A model generated the notes under the pieces. It searched no databases. It worked only from the letters and a program-made list of their open reading frames with translations, and had not been told where the DNA came from. A stretch of 64,000 nucleotides of DNA from positions 16,368,142-16,432,141 of the forward strand of contig CAJINV010000001.1 in assembly GCA_905178155.1 (NCBI GenBank), given 5' to 3'. This document shows, piece after piece, positions 1 to 13,327 of this stretch; within the stretch, counting starts at the first letter, position 1, and every line of letters starts with the position of its first letter. Origin of the DNA: Amoebophrya sp. A120. Its lineage: Eukaryota > Protista > Dinoflagellata. The position numbers were made by a program, and so were the translations under genes.

Positions 1-3000
1 CCACCTTCGTTGTATCTTCGAGTTGTTCTTGATGACTTTCAGTTTTACAGCCGTCGGCCCGTACGCAACTGTGCCACAGCATCCTCAATTTGTCGGAGCG
101 GAAGTTCACGCGCAGATGCCACTGGACAGTGAGATGAAGCGCTTTCACCCTCTGGCGGCGCCGAAACAAATTTCAGGCCAATCCTTTCGCGCGAAAACGG
201 GCATGTCAGACTCTGGGCCGGTCATGGCGAGTAAGTATGGCAAATAACAAAGAGTAAAACTTACTCTCGGCAAAGGAACAAATTTTTGCAAGCGCCAAGC
301 CAGCTTGCGAAAAGATGAAGGTGTCCGGTAGACGTTGTTAGAAGTTGTCTGCAGATATTTTTGTGCGGACTCACAAGATATGACGTTGCGGGGACGACTT
401 ATGTACCTGCGAGGAGCCCTTCTGTCACTCACATTGCTGTCAAAGAGAAACTTTTAGATATACTCCCTGAAAAACCATCGTGTGCGCTTCGTTTGAAGCG
501 ACTTGGCAGTAACGATTTTTTGAAATAATTGCAAATAGAATTTTCATGAAAAATAACTCTCTCTGCTACATGGGTGAATGACTTTTGTTGTCGCAGTTGC
601 GAAGGTTCCACTAAGGTAAGATAAGAAACATTCGCTTTTATAACGAAGAGCTTCGCTTCGTTGGTGCCCCCGCTGCCTCTACTACCCTGAAATTTTTAAA
701 ATTTTCGGATGTTTTTTGCTAGCACTCTACTGTCGATGCAAAAATACTTTTTTTAACAACAAAGGTATAATTTGCTTGTCTAATGTCATACGACGCTTAA
801 GACTTTTAGAGCGTTAGTACTAAACCACCACTTTCCTCCTGTACTACGTCAGCCGCGTGGCGCGCCCGTTGCAAGCGATCTTTTCGGAAGGTGCAGTGCT
901 ATATTTTTGAAGGCAACATCAACTTGCAACAGCAACACCTCGACGAATTCGGAATCTCGAAACATTTTTAGCCGACAACAAAGATAGTAGAGCGAGAGTT
1001 CCGAATTTTCCGGTTTTTCTAATGGAATTACAAGACTTTGCAGCTGAACTACTTACAACTATGTAATTTTCCACCGCCATGCATAAAGGTAAGGAACATT
1101 TGTCCCGTGTGGTGGACAAGCTACGTCTGCTTCAGAGTATTTGAAGAAGTTTTAGTTTCATCAGAAAGTTTCTGGACAATAATCTGCCGAGCGCCAGCTC
1201 TTCCAGCGATGACATTTCGCAGCGACTTTTGCATCTTTTTAAGAAAATAGGCCAGGTACAGAAGGCGCCGTCATTGTCAGGTCCCGGTTCTCTTTCTTTT
1301 CGGGCTCTGCCGATGTCACGGCGACGACTTATCTGTCGCAGTTCTGTCGTGGGCGAAAGGATTTGCTGTGGAAGCGAATTGCTCGAGAATGCATCCCTGT
1401 TTTATCGGAGGCATTAATTATCATTTTTTCGAATTCAGTTTTTGTTTGGTTTGCGACCGATTTCGACAACCTGCCTATTGTAGTTGTAGCGCCAGAAAGT
1501 TGCACTGATAATCGCAAATCAGAGCCTGGATAACCGATGCAGCTCCCCTACAACTAAATTGAAGACTCGCACACTTTTTCTAAGACAAAAAAAAAACAAG
1601 TACAAGGAACAGAGCCTTCACTATTTTCTGATGAATTTCTAATCCTGTAAAAATTGACTTTGAAATCTTAAATTTTTTGAGACATGTAAAAGACATTGAG
1701 ATCGAAGATGGATGATATTTTCAGATAGCTCTAGATGATAGTTGCTACTAAGTCCTTTCGCTTTCTGCTTTTACAAAACAAGCAGAAATTTGTAAAAGTC
1801 GACTGCCTAATTACGGACTTCATCGCCACTTAGCCAACCGCAAAAGGAACAACAACAATCTGTTGATAGCCTGGACGACGCGATTATCTTGTGCTTACCT
1901 TCCCCCCACGCTTCATCATGGCGAAACTTTGACTGCCCGCCAGAGGTTGCACCTACCTATCACAAGTTGGCATCTGACCCAAGATAAATTTCCCAGAGGG
2001 GAAAGCAGTCGGGACCTGGAAATTGCAAAAAAATATCAAAACCAGTAGAGAAAAAGCAAAATTCTTCTTCGAAATAGGCGCCAAACATTGTAAAAGAGCA
2101 GTTGGAATACTTACATGTGTGTCCATGCAGCTATCCATACACCCAAAGAGTCGGTCGCACTAAGTGCTTCAAAGACCACCTACTCGGCGGGGTAGTAGAG
2201 TTTACAATCACAAATAATTGTTTCGAAGCACACCACCACAGGGTCGAAAAAATCTATGTCTCATCTTGTTTCAATAAACTAGAAAGAGTTAGGGCTGATT
2301 ATATGATAGAAAAAGAAAAAGATGCCTTGTTCCGCAGCGCAGATATTGAATATCGTCGAAGCAAAAGTAAAAGATTCAAACCTCGTGCAAAAATATGATT
2401 TGAGATTCATTTCTTTAGAACGCCGTATATTGATTTCTTTGCGACAAAAAAATCTTTCTGTGCCATATTGCTTCGCGGGGTGTGTGCTAGGGCGCCGCGA
2501 TTGGTCGTGATATGTTTCATGACGCCCGGTTGCAGTCCCTAGTACGACGCGCGAAAGTTACGTAGATGTTGTGTGAATTGCCGCGCGACGTAGTTCTGTC
2601 TCCACCCAAATTAGAAAGTAAAGCAGTCACAGTTTCAGATGAATCAGAATGCAACGATACCTACTTTCCTGTCGACAAATGATCCAGCCCCGACGTACGT
2701 CGCTCTTGATGACACATTCGTCCGCAAAGACAAAAATAGAAACGACGACAACGCCCTCTTTTCGTTAAGTTGCTAAGTCGTCCTTCCGGTTTCGAACGAG
2801 TGACGTTGTTCCTCGGGCATATGACGTGCCGTGTTTCGCTCTCGACCGTCGCTACCTGTAAATCATTTTGGTCGTATTCGTCGTCTGCGCCAACGCCCAA
2901 TGGCTTCCTTTTAGATGAGAGTTGAGGGATCCATCCGCACAGTGATTTGTGGTTCATTAAATTTGAGGTTTACTAACTTTTATGTGGCGAGACAGACCGA

Positions 3001-3319
3001 AGCCGCAAAAAGTGTCCCGCTTGATAGATCGAGTCAGACGATTTTTCATAGTGCCGCGGCTAAGGGCCCAATCAATGTGCAATTTCCTGTCAACATTTGG
3101 TTGAGAGACGCAAGGCTCTTTGATCACTTCGTATCGAACCGCCTGTACATGGTGAGTCTCTCCAAGAAATGGTCGAGGAGTAGAGAAAGAAAATTTCTAA
3201 GTCTAAAAACTAAGCGGTGAAATCTCATTCAACGGTTACCAATACTACTAAGCGAGCTTGTACAGCGCAACTTTGAAAAGTTGGCTTGTTTTCGACTTCC
3301 CCTTCTACGAGGGACAAAA

Positions 3320-4450
3320 ATGGAGATCTTTGAGAGCGAGAATAATGCCACGGCGCAAGGATACCGTGTGCACCGCTCCGGGAAGAACATCATTTACCAC
3401 GGGAAAATCAGCAAGGAAGGGGCAGCGGATTTCCAGAAGGCAACCCTGGAGGCAATCCTGGAGCTGGAGAAGGAAAAAGCCAAAAAGAACAAGCCACCTC
3501 CGCCTCCGGCAAAACCTGGAGCCAATGGGACCAATGGATCCCCGCCCGCCTCACCCGAAGTCGCTGCGCCTGCTACTCCGGTCGACCCACCCAGTGGGCT
3601 TGCCGCGAAAGCTCCGTCATCGTCTTCCGGTAGCAAGGCGAAGAGCAGCTGCGCAGAAAACGTAGCAACACGAACTGCTTCCGACGGAGAGGATGTTTTC
3701 AGCCAAGAAACACTCGCAGCGGGTAGCTTTACTAGACCCACTGGCGTGTCCAATGCAGCCGGAGAGCCCGGGCCGGAGCCTGAGCCGATAGTGCAGAAAA
3801 AAGAAGCAGCAGCGCAGACATCACCTAGCCCGGGATCGAAAACCGCTGCATCTTCTTCGTCCGCTACGGTTCCCTCGGAGAAAGATGCAGCTGTGGTAGC
3901 AGATAAAAAATCGGCCGATCTGCGGTTTCACTTCTCAAGTGACGGCGGCAGTCTAGCTGCGGGCTTCGCCATGATGGATACAATCAAGGAAGCGCGCTCT
4001 CAGGGACATCTTACCGAATGCATCTCAAAAGGTACTTACTTAATGGTTCAAACTTCTTGAAGTTTTTTTTTGAAATAAACATAGCCTCGAATAAATGACG
4101 TTTTAGCTTTGTTGAGCTGCAGAACAGATATCGTAGCATTCCCACGTTCAGGCTTTGTCGGCTCTGCCGCAACCTTTCCGGCCTTTGCGTGCGAGAAAAG
4201 ATTTGCGTCGGAGCATTGCCTCTTTCTGCTGCACCCGCCGTCCCGTGCCGGGGTGCAGGGACAAACGGAAGACCTGAAGATTCACGCGGACAATCTGGAC
4301 CTCTGGCACGGCACGGCGCTGAAGGCGTACAACATGTTAAGTACGGTCAAGTCTGCCTTTCCCCGCATCAAGTCTATGTTTCAGGATAACCGCTACTCAA
4401 CGGCCGCCGATATGCAGCAATGCGGCTTTCTGGACGACGTGTGGCCGTAG
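3320..4450 (+). CDS. clpP: ClpP/S14-family serine protease-like protein, 2 exons (intron 4032-4151)
   Basis: Motifs KNIIYHGKI, FHFSSDGGSLAAGFAMMDTI, G|FVGSAATF (catalytic Ser), FLLHPP (His), GQTEDLKIHA and GFLDDV. The GT-AG intron joins the frames (AAAG|gtac...tcag|GC). The start codon is uncertain. Confidence 0.8.
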
Positions 4451-5269
4451 CGGCACCGTTGTCGTGAACACTTTTTTACGACATCGAACACAACTCAATT
4501 TCTACCTTCTTGAGAACAGAGCAAATAATTTACTTGCGATTCCCTGAGAGGTGCTGCAAAGATAGGCATAGCTTTTCAATTTTTGGCATGAGTCCGTGCT
4601 ACTTACACAAATTACCGGGTGTTCGCCCTCGCCAGCGGTTGTTTTTATCACGTCGCGCTCGGTACGTTTTTTTGTGCTTTCGGGCTGCCCCTGCAGAAAG
4701 CAAGACCGAGAACCGCAAATGAGATGAGATATTTTTCCACTTTCTCGAGGAATTATCGCAGACCCCACCTCGTCTCACGACCTTACACATTATTTCAGAT
4801 TCTTCGTTTTTAGCAGTTACGCAAGGGTGTATAGTACTTCTACGCCAGCATATTTTATTCGGCATTTTGCAAGTAGTGACCGTAAATATTTTTCTTGTCA
4901 TCGTGTCTTGAGGTTCGTCTGGACCATGAGAAGCCGTCTTTCACGATTTTCTTCGATGAAGCCAGACCCACCTGTGGCAAAATGACGATGATGCCAACTA
5001 CATGTTCGTCAAACGACAATTCTCGCACGAGAAGTGTCTGTGGAGCTGCTTTGCCTGCACTTCGTTGCTTTCTTCGCGACCAACTCAATGTGCGACAGCA
5101 AAAGAGTGTCGCAGCATGCAGCCCAAGCGTCTCATCTGCAACAGCAAAGAACACCACCGCACGTCAGCGCTACAAAGCCGGGAGGACGGCTTTGCTTGAA
5201 CGATGTGTAAGAAGACCATCTACTCTTGGCGCACTTCCATCCCGTACGAGAAGGACAAGGAAACACTGG

Positions 5270-7972
5270 ATGTTGAAGATAGCGGAGCGTCCGGTTGCGT
5301 TCGCTCCCCTGCGCCTGCTGCAGCAGCACCAGTGGCCTTTGGCGAACCTGATTTTATTTCTATGCGCGGTGGCTGCAGGAGCCTTCCTGTTGTTCTCTGC
5401 GGTCTGGCCAGCCGCCGCGCAACAGCAGCAGGAAGGCAACAAGGGTCGCGGTAAGGGTGATGACCAGCCGAAGTTTGATTTAGGGAACACGAAAAAATAC
5501 GTGGAAGAACTTATCGGCGACGGGAAACTGGACAAGGCTATCCACATTCTGCACGGCTTGCGCACACAGGACCTTGACAGCGCCCAAAAACTGGCGAAGC
5601 TGTACATGCAAGAGCTGAAATTCGAGGAGGCGTTGAAGGTGCTACGGGAGAACATTTTGCAGCTCCAAGACGATGAGTTCAAACTCAACAAACAGGACAT
5701 CCCGCCCCCACCTGTCTTCACGTCAAAGAACCCCGGAGATGAGGATGACGAAGAAGATTCCATGGAGGAAACAGAGACTGGGGCCGAAGGCGGTGGTACT
5801 GCGACGTCCGCGGCGGGTGGGGAAAAGAACGACCAAGTAGATGCACCAGGACGACCATCGTCGGTCCACGCGGATCAAGATGTACAGCATGACCGACGGG
5901 CGGCCCACATGTATCCGGAGGCCTGGAACAATATGGGCTACGCCTACGAAAAGCTGAACCAGCTGGACAAAGCGGTCGAGGCATACATCACGGCGACGCG
6001 GCTCCGCCCGATGGAGGCCGGCTACTGGTACAACCTGGGGACCTGCTTGTTGAAAACGGGTCTCGCCCAGCACCAGGCGATCAGCAGCCTGGAAAAAGCG
6101 CACCAACTCGCCCCGGAGGACGAGCTGATTACTGTGAACCTCGGGATCGCCACACAGAATCTGAACCTTCTGCAGTCCAGCAACACTGCGAAAGGCCAGC
6201 AGGTGCTCGGGCAGTTGCTGTGGCAACAGGGAAACCGTGCCGACGCGGTCACCGCCTTCCAAAAGGCGCAGAAACTGGAACCCAGTGACCCCGATATCGC
6301 GTTCCAGTGCGCCCTGGTTCGGTACCAAACGCGGAGACCGAGCGCCAACTGCGGGTTGGAAGCAGACGAGGTGGTCCGCACGGCCTGCGAGCAGCAAAAG
6401 CGGTTGGATCGCAACCAGTGGCGAAAAGAGTTCGCCCAGGCGTTATCGATTCGGAAAAGTGCCGACACGCTGCGGTATGGCGACAAGATTCTGGATGCCA
6501 GTTTTCTCACGTTCCTGATTCGCGGCACTTCCGCGAAAACCGTGCGGCGCATGCGAAAGCAGGAGACAGACAAGGTCCGTCCGAGCGTGGCGCAAAAGAT
6601 CGATAAGATTCGCGAAGGCGAAAGTGACCCTGCGTGGCAGGCCCGCTTTGCCATGGAGTGCGTCGACACGTTGGGGCAAGTGTGGAACGAGGATATCAAC
6701 AAGGTTGCTGCAGATGTTGGAGAAGATGACGAACTAGACGAGCAGGCGGGCAAGACGAAACGACAGTCCTCTGCTCCGTCGCCGGAGCTGTTCCCCGCCG
6801 CTTGCGGCTACGGAATCATCTGGTCCACCAGCTGGCACCGCGTGCACATGCGGCTAGAGGACGGCGCTGCTGGGGAGGACTCCGACTACCGGCACATCAC
6901 GGAAAACTGGAGTGTGGTGGTGGTCGGCGGAGGGCGCGGAGGCGGGTGCGCGTATCCCTGGATTCGAAACCGTGAGTGCCTCGTCGTGGATGTTTTGTGC
7001 GACCTCTTCAAGAAGAGCGGCGAGGGCTTTTTTTGCCGCCACGCGAAAACCCCTGCTAGTCGCAGGATGCGGCACAACAACGATCGGCAGCTGCACCCGT
7101 CCGACGTACAGGACGACCGCGTTAGTACCCCGGGTTCGTCGCAACCAGCCGGCACTGGGAAATCCACGTCAAATAAAGCAAGTAACGACTCGTCCGCTGC
7201 ATCCCGAACGAAGGCTCTCGAGCGGCAGGAAGACAACCTTTCTGCTTACTTGCAGTATCAAGACAGCGAGACAATCAATAAACTGACTGGCCTGGATCTC
7301 GTAGAAGTAGACCCGCGCTATTACCAATTCGTCAAGGAGAACAAGGTTGGGACTGTGATATTGGAAACCTACTTCTGGCCGGCCGCCACGGTCCGGGAGG
7401 AAGTCGAGTTCTGGGTGAAGGTTTTGCCGATCAGCGCCGACCTCTTTGTCTTTGAAAAAGACTACATGGTACCAGCGAATTGTTTGCGCATTAAGATCTT
7501 TTGCAAACGCCCGTCGCGCCCCGAATCTCTTTGCAGCGTAATCGTTTTCGAGTGTTTATGGTAGGAAGATCACTTGACAGAAAAAAAAATCCACATTGTT
7601 CACTGGGCAAGTATCATTCCACCTTCATTACAGGCAAACCGTCCGCTCCTGGACGAGCACTTCAAAGTGTTGTATCGGCACGGCATGGAGGTGTCCTGGT
7701 TGGACACCCCCGTCGAGATGCTCCAGTTGCAGAAGCGGATCGACAAGCTACGCGAGGCGTTTGACAAGCGGGCGCTGGACGACATTGCACGCATGGAAGA
7801 GCGGTGGCGGGAGGAAAAGGAAGCCGAGAAGTGGCGGATCACGGAAATGGTACGCGGTCGCGGGCGCGCAAACGCGTACAATGAGGAGGATCCATTCGCT
7901 GCGGGTAGTGGTGCAGGCACGAACAGCGAGGAAGAAGATTTAGATGACGAGTTCGACTTCGACGATCTATGA
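5270..7972 (+). CDS. Signal-peptide-bearing TPR-repeat protein (predicted intron 7469-7633)
   Basis: Hydrophobic LILFLCAVAAGAFLLFSAVWPAAA segment; TPR repeats EAWNNMGYAYEKLNQLDKAVEAY and YWYNLGTCLLK. A phase-0 GT-AG intron gives KDYM|ANRP. The ATG at 5270 was chosen within ORF 4895-7564. Confidence 0.75.
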
Positions 7973-8365
7973 ACCCTGCGTGCAATTACCCGTACTAGTT
8001 GCGCTTGTTCCCACTAAGAGTGCACGTGCATCCACGATCAATCATAAATTCACTTGGTAATACGCAATCTTCGCATAAGGACAAGTTGACGCACAACGCT
8101 CCCGAAAAAAAAACGATCTTATTGCGAGATCTCCTTGTGTCGGAGCGCATCTAGCGCTGACTGATGTTCCACCTGTTGCGACTGCAATGTCAAGACGAGC
8201 TCGTGATTACTTGATGAAGGTCTAAGTTCCTTTCCAGTTGTTTCAGTATTCACCGATCCAGCACTGTCTTTTCAAAGTGTTGCACGACTCATTGGCGCAA
8301 CGGTCGTTGGTGGAAAAAAACGTGTCTTGAAAAGAACTTCTTCCCCGTTCTTGCACTAAGATCCG

Positions 8366-10137
8366 ATGGCGCAACCAAGCCGGAGGTCGTCGACCTTACG
8401 TTTGTTATTGCATTTCGTTCCACCATTGTGCTCTCCACTGCTTGTGCATTGTTTCTCCCTGCAAGCCGCTAGACACTTCGTCACGCCGCCGGTGCTTCGC
8501 GGGGCGTTCCGGCCAAAGGCAACAATCCGGCAAGCCGCGCCAGCAGGAATCACACTTAGCAACGCACGCCCAGCAGAAGGGGAGACGCAAACAAGCTTGC
8601 CCGGTCTACATTCGCGGCGGCAGCTGCCCGACAGGAGTGCAACAAGCCGCTTATTTTCCAGACTCTCAGGAATTCCGCACACGACAAGCACCTCCCGCCA
8701 CACACTCGCGAGCTGCCCATCTCGCGGATACGCGGGTGACGTCGCCGACAGTACGATGGCAGCACCGTCCGCAATGCCGACCAGTCAACAGCATGACCAA
8801 GCAGCTCCCTCGACCGATCGAGTTGCCTTCCTCGGACTCGGGCGCATGGGCGCGCCGATGGCAGCTAACATCCACAAGAAGTGGAGCGCTTCCCGAGGTG
8901 GCAAACTTGCCGTGTGGAATCGTAGTACTGAAAAGGCGGAGCAGCACGCAGCGGCGCACGGCTCCGTAATGATCAGCGATCTTGCATCCGAACTCCGGTG
9001 CCCCATCGTGTTTTGTTGTCTGCCCACCAGCGACCAAGTCCGAACCATTGCGGAAAAGCTCGTGGAAGCGAAAAAGGGCAGCGATGCGGAGGATCGTGAT
9101 GCAACTTGTGATGAAAAAGCGGCACGGCAAGACCAACCGCACATCCTGGTCGATTGCACATCCGGCTCCCGGGCCAAGACCATCGAAATTGGGCGCTACC
9201 TCGCGGAACACGGCATTGCTCTCGTGGACTGCCCGGTGTCCGGCGGGCCGGCGGGCGCTGAAGCGGGGTCCTTGTCTGCCATGCTGGGAGGTGAACCCGC
9301 AGACGTCGAACGAGTTCTGCCAATCGTCAAGACCTTTGCCGCGAAGACGCAGCACGTAGGTCCGCTCGGAAGCGGGCACGCCGTCAAATCTGTCAACAAC
9401 TTGCTCAACAGCTTGCATCTCATGGCGGCTACGGAGGGATTGCTTGCCTTGAAGAAAATCGGAATCGAGTACTTACATGGAACTGGAATTTTGATCGCGA
9501 AAATGACATGATATCAAATGTAGAGACTATCATAACTTCGATGCGGCAGTACCAGTGGAGCTCTGCAATCTGTTGGTCCTTTATCATCTCTGAAGTACTA
9601 CTTATTTCGCTCAAAAAAACACAACACCACTTCAGTCCAACCAAGGCCCTTGAGTGCATCAATACCTCGTCTGGACGCTCGCTACAAACAGAGCAGCGGA
9701 TCCCCAAGGAGGTGCTCACGGGGAACTTTAACTACGGCTTTGCCCTGAACCTGATGCAGAAGGATTGCCGGCTCGCAAGGGAGCTGGTGGCGAGCTTGTG
9801 CGACGATGCCTGGAAGACGCAGCAAAAGGAGACCTGCGACCGACATACGTATGGAGACAGCAAGAAGATTCTCCCCGTGGACCACGAGGATCTGGAGGAC
9901 GAAAGCCCGACGTCTACGGGTGGCAAGGCTGCTAAAGCGCAACTCTGCTCAACGGATGCCTTTGACGTGACGAACTCGCTGTTGCTCCACGCAGCGGACC
10001 GTGTCGACGCGATCGCGGACCACTATGGAGCGACGAAGAAAGGCGGAGCCACGGACGCGGATTACACCATGCTCAGCAAGTACTTCGAGGAAAAGTTGCG
10101 TCTAACGCTGCGGAAAGACGACCCCGCGACCGAGTAG
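8366..10137 (+). CDS. 3-hydroxyisobutyrate dehydrogenase / beta-hydroxyacid dehydrogenase family (intron 9469-9635)
   Basis: FLGLGRMGAPMA Rossmann motif, DCPVSGGPAGA and KSVNN; the spliced sequence reads KKIGIDPTKALECINTSSGRS. The start may be 8366 or 8756. Confidence 0.9.
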
Positions 10138-10663
10138 AAAAATGCGCCTGAATGCGAGTCGGAAAGTTGTAGGCACATCAGAAATTACTTAAGTAGTAAA
10201 ATTTTGCTTGGATTGCCAAGTCGCAATGAGAATACAGATCATATTGTACCTTTGCCATAGCCATTCTTGTGCTCGTGTTGTCCGACTTTGTGACAAACTG
10301 TACAAGCGAAAACAAGTTACGTCCAGAGGCAAAACAAGGCAGGAGAACCTCACACCCTGGCAGGATAAGAATCTGGCAAAGATTCTATCTTGTGTTGACA
10401 AAGACCCTGGTGTGATTTTGTCGAAAGAGAAATCGCCAAGCCTATCTACAACAACTCTGGCTCCTCGCGAGAGAAGCTGCAATTCATTGACAACATACAA
10501 TCGTCGACGAGATGAGGATGACTACAAGAAGGCGCCGCTAATAGACAAGCCGACAGCAAGTCTCAGATAGACGAGCCTCTCTTGCGAAAATAGTGCTGCC
10601 CTGATTTTTGAGTCATAGTGTTGCTTTACTGGAACTGCAATCAGAATTTGAAGCTACGAGCAG

Positions 10664-13327
10664 ATGGATCACAGTGCCAGCATGGACCAAGCGGCGTGGC
10701 ACCGCAATCCCGTGACTACGTGGACGCTTCGTTCCCGTGTCTTGATTCATGTGCAGCACAAGTTCTACTACGCGTTTCTGCTGTACGTGTTGACAGTGAT
10801 TCTTCTCGGAGCAGTGCTGCTTTACGGAGCCGACCGGGTGTCTATCCCGATTTCCTTCTTCAATTCTGCACATACAGGTGAGGACCAGCACGTCGGTCAT
10901 GGCGACGCCAGCGCGACTCGCATCCCGTTATCTTTTCCGGACGCTCTGTTCTACTCCTTTTCCTGCGTCTCCCAGGCGGGGTTGAGCGTTACCGACTGGC
11001 CGCGCAGCCAGAGACCGCTGACCCACTTCATATCGCTGCTACTCATGTTCTGCGGCTGCATGCCACTTCTGGCTTTGATCCCGCCATTGCTGCGGCGGTA
11101 CGATTTTCGCAAGCAGTACCGCACGTGGAGAAAAGAACTCCGTTTGAGCGTCATAGCCCCCCAGGAAAAGCACACGACCAACCCGCAACGGGACGACCTT
11201 TTCGGAAACGCCAACGCCGGCCTGTCCACGTACTTCAACGAGGAGTCACGGCTGGAGTACCGGGCGCTTGGATTTCTGGTGTACGTTACGTTGGTCTATG
11301 TGGCCCTTTGGATTGTTGGCGGGTTTCTGGTGTTACTATGCTGCGCCAAAGACGTGCGGCCTTCCGAGCACCACCACGACGCTCACTGGACCACCGTGCT
11401 GTATGCCGCGGCTTCGGCCTTTCACAACAACGGCCTCACCCTGTCGGAGAACAGTTTTGTTGATTACCCAGAACCGTTTTTGATCGTTGCCGGCCTGATC
11501 GTGCTCGCGGGCAACACAATGTTTCCGGTTCTACTACGGTGGATTCTCGTGCTCCTGGAGCGACACGCGGAACACACGAATAATCCGCAGGCGAAAGAAG
11601 TCTACCAGTTTCTGCTTTCGCATCCGCGCCGCGTTTTCACGCACCTCTTTCCGAGCGTGCACACCTTGTGGCTGTTCCTCACCGTGTTTGTGCTCAACTT
11701 TCTGTGCACCTACTCCCTGTACCTGCTCGACGCCCGCTACGATTGGTGGTCGTGCCTGTTCCAGGCGCTGGCCACCCGCACCGCCGGATTCTCCTGCGTT
11801 CCCCTGTTTGACCTCTCTATGGCGACGAACTTCCTGCTCTGCGTGTGCATGTACATTGCCGCCAGTCCGACCATCGTGGTCATGCGAGGCACGCGAACGC
11901 GCACCCAGACTGAGGAGTTGGCGAAACGGCATAAGGTGGAGCTGCATCGCCAGTTTGTCCAGCAGCTGGCCTCGTGCGCGCCCAGTACGAACGGTGAGGT
12001 GTATTACAACTCCTCACCCGCCTCCTCGTTCCAGCCCCGGGTTCTTTTTTCTCCAGAACTGGTGCACGCACAGCAGAATCAGAAGAACGGCGATAACGCA
12101 GAAGCAAACCCAAATTCCTCCTCGACCTCTAGGTCACCCGCCGCAGCGCCGCTCCTTGATGCAGCGACGACTTCGGGTAGCGATGAGGCGACACTGACGC
12201 AAACTGGTAGTATCGCCGCAACATCCGCAACCACGTCCCTCCCCAGGACCTCGCGCAAGTTCCCGGTCGCGCTACCACCGTTCGGAAAGCAAGCCATCAC
12301 TGCGGAGAGCTCGCCTGGCATACTTCCTGCAACGAGCCGGCAGTTTCTTCGCGCGGACGGTGTGACGCCAACTGACGAGACGGCGACCGGTTTGCCAAGC
12401 GATAGACCTTCACTAGCGACGACATCCGCGTCAACAGTGGCACAAACAGCAGCGTCGACATCTGCCTCTGATGAACGGAGCTCCACCACCGATTCAACAC
12501 CAGAAGTCGATCAAAGCCACTGCTTTTCCCGTGCAGCAGGTGCGGCTCAAGTTCTTTTAGAAGACAGCCGTCACCTCTTCTTGCCTGGTGCATCGAATCG
12601 AAGTACGGGCTTCGAGAATGATCTGCAACAAGAGAATTTTGGGGCGCAAGAACTCATAAATGACGATTGCGTGGACATCACCGGCAACAATGGCGAGGAC
12701 ACCGATTTGGTGGACCAAAATAGCCTCCGCTCTCAGGCGAGGCATTACCTCGGCAAGGACGTCGCAGCGCTAGTGATCCTCACGTTCTGCATTCTCGTGG
12801 CCGAGCGTGACCGATTTCGCATTCATCCGGGTGGTGGAATGCTCGACGGTGGTGACCAAAGCGCCTTCGGCGTGAAGAATGGAGTCAACGGCAGTGAAGA
12901 TTTCCATGACACCTACGAGCACAATATGTTTTTCAAGGTTCTGTACGAGATCGTCTCCGCCTATGGCACTGTCGGGCTGTCCCTAGGCGGCGGCAGTCCG
13001 GAAAACTTGGCCCGGGGTTGTAGCTTCGCGGGCTCGTGGACCGTTGAGGGCAAGATGTTGCTGTGCCTAGTCATGTTGCTCGGGAAGATGCGTGGTCTGC
13101 CGGAAAGCATCGACCCCTCCGTGGGGGCCAGGATGGTACCGCGACTTCGCAGTGCTACAGAGGGGGTCGATCCTGCGAGTCAAGCCGCGAGCAATGTTGC
13201 GAGCGAAGCACTGCTTGGCGGCCCAGAAGTGGTTGAAAATATGACAGTTTTTGCTGATGGCTCGGTGGAAAGTGAAAACTTGGACCGGCGCAAATCGAAA
13301 ATGGCGGATACGCGAGATACGCCATGA
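10664..13327 (+). CDS. Trk/HKT/Ktr-family cation (K+) transporter, intronless
   Basis: Four pore-loop motifs (SCVSQAGL, SAFHNNGL, TRTAGF, SAYGTVGLS) each flanked by TM helices; C-terminal VMLLGKMRGLP. Confidence 0.92.
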   Translation: MDHSASMDQAAWHRNPVTTWTLRSRVLIHVQHKFYYAFLLYVLTVILLGAVLLYGADRVSIPISFFNSAHTGEDQHVGHGDASATRIPLSFPDALFYSFSCVSQAGLSVTDWPRSQRPLTHFISLLLMFCGCMPLLALIPPLLRRYDFRKQYRTWRKELRLSVIAPQEKHTTNPQRDDLFGNANAGLSTYFNEESRLEYRALGFLVYVTLVYVALWIVGGFLVLLCCAKDVRPSEHHHDAHWTTVLYAAASAFHNNGLTLSENSFVDYPEPFLIVAGLIVLAGNTMFPVLLRWILVLLERHAEHTNNPQAKEVYQFLLSHPRRVFTHLFPSVHTLWLFLTVFVLNFLCTYSLYLLDARYDWWSCLFQALATRTAGFSCVPLFDLSMATNFLLCVCMYIAASPTIVVMRGTRTRTQTEELAKRHKVELHRQFVQQLASCAPSTNGEVYYNSSPASSFQPRVLFSPELVHAQQNQKNGDNAEANPNSSSTSRSPAAAPLLDAATTSGSDEATLTQTGSIAATSATTSLPRTSRKFPVALPPFGKQAITAESSPGILPATSRQFLRADGVTPTDETATGLPSDRPSLATTSASTVAQTAASTSASDERSSTTDSTPEVDQSHCFSRAAGAAQVLLEDSRHLFLPGASNRSTGFENDLQQENFGAQELINDDCVDITGNNGEDTDLVDQNSLRSQARHYLGKDVAALVILTFCILVAERDRFRIHPGGGMLDGGDQSAFGVKNGVNGSEDFHDTYEHNMFFKVLYEIVSAYGTVGLSLGGGSPENLARGCSFAGSWTVEGKMLLCLVMLLGKMRGLPESIDPSVGARMVPRLRSATEGVDPASQAASNVASEALLGGPEVVENMTVFADGSVESENLDRRKSKMADTRDTP

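Noticed and set aside
780-2600. Possible TIR pair (TAGTAC/ACTACGTC motifs) bounding an element
   Set aside because: The matches are ~12 bp with mismatches and are not distinguishable from chance.
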